64,000 nt of DNA. Origin: Candidatus Latescibacterota bacterium (GTDB taxonomy: Bacteria > Latescibacterota > UBA2968 > UBA8231). How positions within the stretch are numbered: the stretch's first letter is position 1; each line of letters opens with the position of its first letter. This document shows positions 57,782-64,000 of this stretch, piece by piece. Location of the stretch: the NCBI GenBank assembly GCA_965208105.1, contig OZ242318.1, forward strand, positions 3,680,001 through 3,744,000. The letters run 5' to 3'. Both the position numbers and the translations under genes were made by a program. Under the pieces are notes generated by a model. That model worked only from the letters and a program-made list of their open reading frames with translations. It had not been told where the DNA came from and did not search any database.

Positions 57782-59374
57782 TCAGGCCCCGGGACCCTGC
57801 CGCCCCGGTCCCGCATCCTTGAGCTCGGGAGCATGGTCTTCGTACTGCGCGAAGTGCTCGTTGAAGAGGCGTACCAGGTCCTCGGCCCTGGCGTCGTAGG
57901 CTCGAAGGTCCTTCCAGGTGTCGCGCGGCCGCAGGACCGCCGGCGGGACGCCCGGGCATTCGATGGGGACCTCCAACCTGAAGACAGGATCCGCTGCGCA
58001 GGCGGCCTCGTCGAGGGCGCCGTCCAGAATGGCGGACACGATGGCGCGGGTGTGGGTAATGGAAATGCGCTTCCCCTCGCCGTATGATCCGCCGCTCCAG
58101 CCGGTGTTCACCAGCCAGCAGCGCGTTTCGTAGCGGCGCACCTTCTCGCCGAGTTGACGGGCGTAGAAAATGGGATGCAGGGCCATGAAGGGCGCCCCGA
58201 AACAGGGAGAGAAGGTGGCCTTCGGTTCCTTGATGCCGCGCTCGGTGCCCGCCACCTTGGCGGTGTAGCCCGAGATGAAGTGGTACATGGCCTGTTGGGG
58301 ATTGAGCCGGGCGACCGGGGGCAGCACCCCGAAGGCGTCGCAGGTGAGCATGATGAGGTGGTTGGGATGGGAACCGCGCCCTGCGGGACTGGCGTTGGGT
58401 ATGTAGCTCACGGGGTAGGAGGCGCGCGTGTTTTCGGTGAGGCTGTCGTCGTCGAGGTCCACCCTCCGCGTCTGCGGATCGACGACGACGTTCTCCAGGA
58501 TGGTGCCGAAGCGGCGGGTGGCGGCGTGAATCTCGGGCTCGGCCCGGGCGCTCAAACGGATGACCTTGGCATAGCATCCCCCCTCGAAATTGAATATCCC
58601 CGAATCGCTCCAGCCGTGCTCGTCGTCGCCGATCAGGACGCGCTCGGAACTGGCGGAGAGGGTAGTTTTGCCGGTGCCCGACAGGCCGAAGAAGAGGGCG
58701 GTCTCTCCCCCGGAGCCCTTGTTGGCCGAACAGTGCATGCTCAACACCCCCTGCTTGGGGAGGAGGTAGTTGAGGATGGAGAAGATGGCTTTTTTGAGCT
58801 CGCCGGCATAGCTGGTTCCACCAATGAGAATGAGCTTGCGATGGAAATGCACCAGGATGAATGTCTCGGAGCGGGTGTGGTCCTGCGCGGGGACGGCCTT
58901 GCAACCCGGTGCGTAGAGCACGTGCCAATCGGGTTCGAATGCGCCCGGGCGCCGGGGATCGGGTTCCTTGAGGAACATGTTCCGGGCGAAGAGACTGTGC
59001 CAGGCCAGTTCGGTGACGGCGCGGATGGAGAGGGAGTATTGCGGGTCGGTTCCGGCATGGCAGTCCTGAACGTAGAGATCGCGTCCGCGGAGGTAGGCCT
59101 GCAGGCGCGCCAGAATGGCGTCGAAGTGCTCCTCGGCGAACCCCCGGTTGACCTTGCCCCACCAGATGTCCTCCTCGGAGGAGGGCTCGCGCACGATGAA
59201 CTTGTCATCGGGGGAACGTCCCGTGTATTGTCCGGTATCGACTACCACCGGGCCGAGATGAGAGAGCGTCCCTTCTCCGCGGCGCACAATTTCTTCATAG
59301 AGGCGTGGTGTGGAATAATTGTGGTGAATTCGACCGAGGTTGTTCAGTCCTAGGCAGGTCAGGTCCAGGGACAT
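57782..59374 (-). CDS. pckA: Phosphoenolpyruvate carboxykinase (ATP)
   Basis: TGRSP.DK, YAGE.KK, MHCSAN, GLSGTGKTTLS, IGDDEHGW, NFEGGCYAK. Confidence 0.97.
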   Translation of the reverse strand: MSLDLTCLGLNNLGRIHHNYSTPRLYEEIVRRGEGTLSHLGPVVVDTGQYTGRSPDDKFIVREPSSEEDIWWGKVNRGFAEEHFDAILARLQAYLRGRDLYVQDCHAGTDPQYSLSIRAVTELAWHSLFARNMFLKEPDPRRPGAFEPDWHVLYAPGCKAVPAQDHTRSETFILVHFHRKLILIGGTSYAGELKKAIFSILNYLLPKQGVLSMHCSANKGSGGETALFFGLSGTGKTTLSASSERVLIGDDEHGWSDSGIFNFEGGCYAKVIRLSARAEPEIHAATRRFGTILENVVVDPQTRRVDLDDDSLTENTRASYPVSYIPNASPAGRGSHPNHLIMLTCDAFGVLPPVARLNPQQAMYHFISGYTAKVAGTERGIKEPKATFSPCFGAPFMALHPIFYARQLGEKVRRYETRCWLVNTGWSGGSYGEGKRISITHTRAIVSAILDGALDEAACAADPVFRLEVPIECPGVPPAVLRPRDTWKDLRAYDARAEDLVRLFNEHFAQYEDHAPELKDAGPGRQGPGA

Positions 59375-59669
59375 TGCACCCCCCTTCGGCGCGCAGAAAG
59401 GCGCGTAAAAACATAAAACGTATTGTATTTATTAGGCTTATTTTAACCAATGCGATATGGTTCGTCAATCGAAAAGTCAATAGAGGTTCGTCTTCACCAT
59501 GAGTGCGCCAAAATGGCAGCATGTGCCTGAGATGCTTCGGAGAGCATGTCAATTTGGCATTTAATTTACTCGCTTGCTCCCTCCTCGTCTGAGCAGGAAT
59601 TGGAAAAATTTTCTTAACCCTAATATCAACAATAATTTATTATCCATTTCCGAAACTATGGAAGACGGT

Positions 59670-59685
59670 TGGCATCTTCTTTGCA
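59670..59685 (+). promoter_or_regulatory. Sigma54 (-24/-12) promoter upstream of hsp20
   Basis: TGGCATCTTCTTTGCA, with GG-N10-GC spacing. Confidence 0.7.
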
Positions 59686-59762
59686 AGTATTGGGGGTGAG
59701 TAGTTGAGATTGCGGTCATGGTCCGCACAAACCCATCAAAACCTTTCAAGGAGGAAGTCAAC

Positions 59763-60212
59763 ATGGTAACCAGGACCTTTCTACCCACGGTTTTCGGAAC
59801 CTCGCTGCGGGCATTGAGCCCGAGGGAAGCCTTCAACCGCGAGGTCGGCCGCCTCTTCAACGGCAACTGGTACTCCGCATCGGACGAGTACCCGGCGCTG
59901 AACGTCAAGAGCGACGAGAACGAGGTGGCGGTATTGGCTGAGCTGCCGGGATTCGACCCCGGCGACATCGAAATTGCCGTCGAGGCCAACATCCTGACCC
60001 TGCGGGGTTCCCGCGAGGGCGAGGAGTTGAAGGAGGGGGAAGCCTACCATCGCCGCGAGCGCTGGAGCGGCCGGTTCGAAAGAGCCATTGCCCTGCCCTT
60101 CAAGGTGGACAGCGACAAGGTCGAGGCCGAGTTCCGCCAGGGCGAGCTGGCGATCAGGCTGCCGCGGGCGGAATCACACAAGCCCAGGAAGATAGCCATC
60201 AGGGCATCCTGA
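59763..60212 (+). CDS. Small heat-shock protein (Hsp20/alpha-crystallin)
   Basis: AELPG, LTLRG, RER..G.F.R...LP, G.L.I.LP, PRKI.I; GGAGG RBS. Confidence 0.93.
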   Translation: MVTRTFLPTVFGTSLRALSPREAFNREVGRLFNGNWYSASDEYPALNVKSDENEVAVLAELPGFDPGDIEIAVEANILTLRGSREGEELKEGEAYHRRERWSGRFERAIALPFKVDSDKVEAEFRQGELAIRLPRAESHKPRKIAIRAS

Positions 60213-60254
60213 GGACCCCGCCATCCCCCTGGCGCTCGCCCGTCGAGCCAAGTG

Positions 60255-60295
60255 CGAATGCCCCTTGCACCTGCTGGTGCAAGGGGCATTCGTTT
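60255..60295. terminator. Perfect 17-bp hairpin between convergent genes (probably bidirectional terminator)
   Basis: CGAATGCCCCTTGCACC-TGCT-GGTGCAAGGGGCATTCG-TTT. Confidence 0.85.
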
Positions 60296-60332
60296 GTGGA
60301 TGGATTGGAGGTATTCCTGGCTGCTTGAGTCG

Positions 60333-61022
60333 TTAGTCGTTGGAGCTGCCTCGCAGGATGAGCAGGCGCAGAAGTTGCATCAGTGCCATGGCCGTGGCCG
60401 CCACGTAGGTGAGGGCGGCGGCGTTGAGGACCTTGCGCGCAAGGCGGCCTTCGTCGGCGGCCAGGTAGCGCCCGTCTACCAGCAGTCCCATGGCCCGTGA
60501 ACTGGCGTTGAACTCCACCGGCAGGGTGATGATCTGGAAGACCACGGCCGCTGCGAAGAACAGAATGCCGAGATCCATCAGGGCAGGGGCCTGAAAGAAG
60601 AAGCCGGCGAGAAGGAGGGGAAAGGCCAGGGTCGACCCCAGGTTGGCCACCGGCAGAATGGTGTGGCGCAGGTGAAGGGGGAAGTACCCGTAGGCGTGCT
60701 GGATGGCGTGTCCCACCTCGTGGGCGGCGATGGCGAGACCGGCCAGGTGGCGCCCGTGGTAGATCCCCGAGGACAGGCGCACAACCTTTTCGCGGGGGTC
60801 GTAGTGGTCCGAGAGATTGCCCCCCACCTCCTCGACGGCCACGTCGTGGATTCCGTTCTGCGAGAGAAGGCGGCGCGCCGTCTGGACTCCGGAAAGCCCC
60901 GACGAGGAGGCCACCTGGCTGAACCGGGAATAGGCTTTGCGCACCTTGAACTGGGCGTAGACGGCCAGGATGATACAGGGAACCAGCAAAACCATGGTTG
61001 GGTCCCAGAATGGAAAGAACAT
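60333..61022 (-). CDS. Membrane neutral zinc metallopeptidase (YugP-like)
   Basis: LSDHYDP, AAHEVGHAIQ, TLPVEFNASSRA, AAALTYVAA. Confidence 0.92.
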   Translation of the reverse strand: MFFPFWDPTMVLLVPCIILAVYAQFKVRKAYSRFSQVASSSGLSGVQTARRLLSQNGIHDVAVEEVGGNLSDHYDPREKVVRLSSGIYHGRHLAGLAIAAHEVGHAIQHAYGYFPLHLRHTILPVANLGSTLAFPLLLAGFFFQAPALMDLGILFFAAAVVFQIITLPVEFNASSRAMGLLVDGRYLAADEGRLARKVLNAAALTYVAATAMALMQLLRLLILRGSSND

Positions 61023-61270
61023 GAGGAACCTACCTCCTCAGGACGTTGTGGAATTGGGGTCGGGGCGATGGGCCTGGGGACGATTGAAAATATAATCATC
61101 CCGGACGAAATAGAAAGCCCTGCCCATGTCCCTGGGACGATGGAATCCAGGCCGCGGTTCCGCCCGGGCGCAAGGGAGGGGGGACCTGGCTGGGGGGAAT
61201 CAGGCCGGTCTTGCTGACAATCCGGTTCTAACAGAACTTAAAATGCGACGTTCACAGGTAACGGGAGGGA

Positions 61271-62122
61271 ATGGCAATGACCAGGTTCCAATGGATTGCC
61301 GCCGCATGGGCGTGTGGCGCGGTTTGCGCGGGGGCGGACGTCTACTACGTGGAGGAGGTCGTCAACTCCGGACTCGGGGCTTCCCGGAGTGGAGCGCGCA
61401 AGACCATCAACAAGGTCTACATCAAGGGGAAAGAGCAGAAGGTCGAGAGCACCATCGAGGCCGGCAAGGAGACCGCCCGCACCCTGCGCCAGCAGGGACA
61501 GTCCCTCGACACCAGCACCATCCTGAAGCTGGACGACGGTACCGTCTATAATATCGACCGGGTGGACCACACCTTCCGGCAGCAGAAGCTGCCCGCAGCC
61601 AAACCTGTGGCCGGCCGGCCGGCGCCCGCCCCCGGCGCTCCCGAGATCAACTTCAGAATCAAGGAGCTGCCCGATACCACCCGCGTCGCCGGCATTTTGT
61701 GCCGCCGCGTCGCCGCCGAGATGCGCGCCCGCTACTACAAGCCGGGCACCCGGAAGTTGCGCCAGGAGAACCGCTATCTCTACCAGGCATGGGTCGGCCG
61801 GGACTTCCCGGGATACGGGGAGATCAGGAGCTTTCAGGAGCTTCACCTGCGCACCACCTCCTACCCTCCCCTTATCAGCGGCAGTCTCGACCAGCTCAAA
61901 GGGCTTGTGGACGACTACGAAGATCTTGCCGCCGAGATCGACAAGAGCCGGGCGCTGGATGGTTTTGTCCTGGGTTCGACTCTCAAGGTCTACACCCGGG
62001 GCGCGGGAGGCAAGGAAAAGCAGATCTTCCAACTGTCGCGGAAGGTCAAATCGTTCTCCAACGACGCGCTGCCCGATTCCCTGTTCGAGATGGACAAAAC
62101 CCTCAGGCGGGTCAAGAATTAA
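61271..62122 (+). CDS. Secreted hypothetical protein (DUF4412-like)
   Basis: Signal peptide, KVYIKG, VAGILC, LPDSLFE. Confidence 0.6.
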   Translation: MAMTRFQWIAAAWACGAVCAGADVYYVEEVVNSGLGASRSGARKTINKVYIKGKEQKVESTIEAGKETARTLRQQGQSLDTSTILKLDDGTVYNIDRVDHTFRQQKLPAAKPVAGRPAPAPGAPEINFRIKELPDTTRVAGILCRRVAAEMRARYYKPGTRKLRQENRYLYQAWVGRDFPGYGEIRSFQELHLRTTSYPPLISGSLDQLKGLVDDYEDLAAEIDKSRALDGFVLGSTLKVYTRGAGGKEKQIFQLSRKVKSFSNDALPDSLFEMDKTLRRVKN

Positions 62123-62125
62123 GCC

Positions 62126-64000
62126 GTGCGCCGCACTTACCTCGTCCTCGCGGGACTGCTGCTCCCGCTCCTGATCGTCTGCGCCACTCCGCTGGGACCG
62201 CGGCTTCTCGGTGCTCAGCTCGAGAACCTCGCTCCCGGCTATGGATGGCGGCTCGAGATCGGCCGCGCGGGAGGCGCCCTTCTGGGCGAAGTTGCCCTGC
62301 AGCAGGTCAAGGTCGTCAATGCCGCCTCCGGGGTGGAGATCGAGGTGGACCGTCTCGAATGGACGCCGTGGTCCCACTCCGTCGAGTTGTTGCGCCCCCG
62401 CGTCCGCCTGCTCCCCGCAGCCGCTTCGGCGCCGGCCGATTCAGCGCCCGGCGATGCCGCATTCGCGGTGCTGCCCCTGGGTTACCTTCCCGAGCTGAGA
62501 ATCAGCCTGGGCCGCCTGGAATGGGAGAATCCGGACGGCAGCCGGCTGCAGGTGGATGACCTGGATCTACACTACGAGTCCATTGGCGATACCACCGGGG
62601 TGCTGACCCTTGACCAGGCCTGGTACCGGGTGGAGGAAGAGGGACGCCCGCGCATACAGCTGCTCCTGAAGGGCCGCCTTGTGCTCGGCCTGCAGGCGGT
62701 GGAGGTGGAGGAGCTTCATGCCACCCTGGAAACGGAGCTGGCGGACGCCGACCTGCGGGGGAGGGGCCGCTTGGGTCTGTCCGCTGGCATGCCGGTGGAA
62801 TTCTCGCTCGATTCGGCCATTCGCGCCGATACCCTCGCCGCCCGGGTGGAGGCCAGTCTCCGGGGAAGGCTTGAACCGAGGGAATTGCAGATACAGGTGG
62901 TGGGCGACGGCGTCCATCCGGACCTGGGCCCCGTGCACCTTGCCGCCGCCGCCAAGATGGATTCGGGGCAGGTGAGGATCGATTCGCTGCATCTGAGTTT
63001 TCTCGAGGCGGACCTTGGCGGCCGGGCTGCCTACCACTTGGCGGCGGACAGCCTGGAGGCCCGGCTGCGGCTCCGCGGCCTGGAGCTGCAGCGCATTCCC
63101 CGCCTTCCTCTATCAGGAAGTTTGGAGGGGAGTCTGCGCACGGCCCTGAATCTCGGGACAAAGCGCTACACCGCGGACCTGAAGCTGCTCGGCCGCGCCC
63201 TCGATCCGGCCGGTGCGCCGGTCCCCTTCGAGGTGAGCGGCGCTTATCGTCCGGACGGCAGCACCCGCATCGACCTGCGCTCCGGGCTCGGCCGCCTGGC
63301 GGCGGCGGGCTGGTCCGATCCCCGGGGGGGTTACGACCTCGATCTCGAGGGGGCAGTGGAGACCTCCAGGGTTCTCGGAGGCGCCGCCGACCCCGTCCTG
63401 GTGAGGGGCAGGGCGCGGCCGGACTCCCTGGAGCTGGACCTGGAGCTGGAGCGGCTGCCCTTCGAGACCCTGCCCGCCGGTCCGCTGCGCCTGCACCTGT
63501 TGCTGCGCCGGCAGCGTTTTCTCGACGCCGCCCTCGTGTTCGAGGAGAATCAGGCCAGATTGAACCTGACCGCGGACCTGGCGCAGGGGGAAATCGAAGG
63601 CTTCGACGGCGCCCTCATGCCCTTCGAGCTGAGCCGCTTCGCGCCCCGGCTGGAGGGCAGGGTGCTGGGACAGGTGGACGCGGCCGGCGGCCTCGACCCC
63701 GCCTCGGTGGAGCTGGCAGCCCGCTTCGATCTCGAGGAGGTGGCCTACGCCGGATGGCGCGCGGGGCCTCTGAAGCTTCACCTGGACTACCGCGACCGGC
63801 TCCTCGGCGCGCGCCTGCAGAGCTCGGCCTTCCTGGCCCGGGCAACCCTGGACGTCGACGGCCGCTTCCAGGGGAGCCTGGATGGCGGCGGAATCCTGCT
63901 CGAGAGCGGTCCCTCCGCTCCTGGGGAGGGGGAATCCAGCGGATCGGTGGCCTTGGGCGGCAGGCTGCAGTGGAGCGGCCATCTCGACCACCCCGACTCC
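62126..64000 (+). CDS. TamB/AsmA-like large envelope protein, N-terminal part (runs off window)
   Basis: GTG start MRRTYLVLAGLLLPLLIV...; frame read open over the first ~170 codons and absent from the ORF track, consistent with no stop before the edge; Leu/Gly-rich beta-taco-like composition. Confidence 0.6.
   Translation, partial: MRRTYLVLAGLLLPLLIVCATPLGPRLLGAQLENLAPGYGWRLEIGRAGGALLGEVALQQVKVVNAASGVEIEVDRLEWTPWSHSVELLRPRVRLLPAAASAPADSAPGDAAFAVLPLGYLPELRISLGRLEWENPDGSRLQVDDLDLHYESIGDTTGVLTLDQAWYRVEEEGRPRIQLLLKGRLVLGLQAVEVEELHATLETELADADLRGRGRLGLSAGMPVEFSLDSAIRADTLAARVEASLRGRLEPRELQIQVVGDGVHPDLGPVHLAAAAKMDSGQVRIDSLHLSFLEADLGGRAAYHLAADSLEARLRLRGLELQRIPRLPLSGSLEGSLRTALNLGTKRYTADLKLLGRALDPAGAPVPFEVSGAYRPDGSTRIDLRSGLGRLAAAGWSDPRGGYDLDLEGAVETSRVLGGAADPVLVRGRARPDSLELDLELERLPFETLPAGPLRLHLLLRRQRFLDAALVFEENQARLNLTADLAQGEIEGFDGALMPFELSRFAPRLEGRVLGQVDAAGGLDPASVELAARFDLEEVAYAGWRAGPLKLHLDYRDRLLGARLQSSAFLARATLDVDGRFQGSLDGGGILLESGPSAPGEGESSGSVALGGRLQWSGHLDHPDS

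Overview
A GC-rich bacterial chromosome segment. Its many secreted proteins carry a FlgD-Ig/T9SS-like 'NYPNPFNP' domain, dockerin/cohesin-like modules and eukaryote-like LRR and leishmanolysin domains. This suggests an FCB-superphylum organism such as Ca. Latescibacterota, possibly host- or sponge-associated (inference, not verified). From left to right the window holds: the end of a surface-glycan cluster; a ~2760-aa repeat-rich surface protein and a second FlgD-domain protein; housekeeping genes (moaD, moaE, a phosphatase, YbbR-like, tsaD, ftsK, lolA, an S8 protease, prfB with a +1 frameshift, lolC/E, lolD, mcsA, mcsB); a ~14-kb accessory island between mcsB and clpC; and clpC, bamA, skp, fabZ, an MFS transporter, an FAA hydrolase, an acetyltransferase, queE, queC, pckA, hsp20, a Zn peptidase and a partial TamB-like gene. 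The island is the most interesting part. It encodes a family of secreted dockerin-PPC 'chassis' proteins with swappable C-terminal payloads (LRR arrays, CARDB plus Zn protease, leishmanolysin-like protease). Two of the genes share a near-identical 1.33-kb 5' block that switches at a domain boundary. The 72-bp LRR units vary almost only at concave-face codons, and orphan cassettes lie nearby, including an 'empty' LRR N-cap/C-cap module. Also noted: a CTAG-flanked MITE between queC and queE, dense D-(S/T)-hydrophobic O-glycosylation-type motifs, and no lpxD or lpxA at the bamA-skp-fabZ locus.
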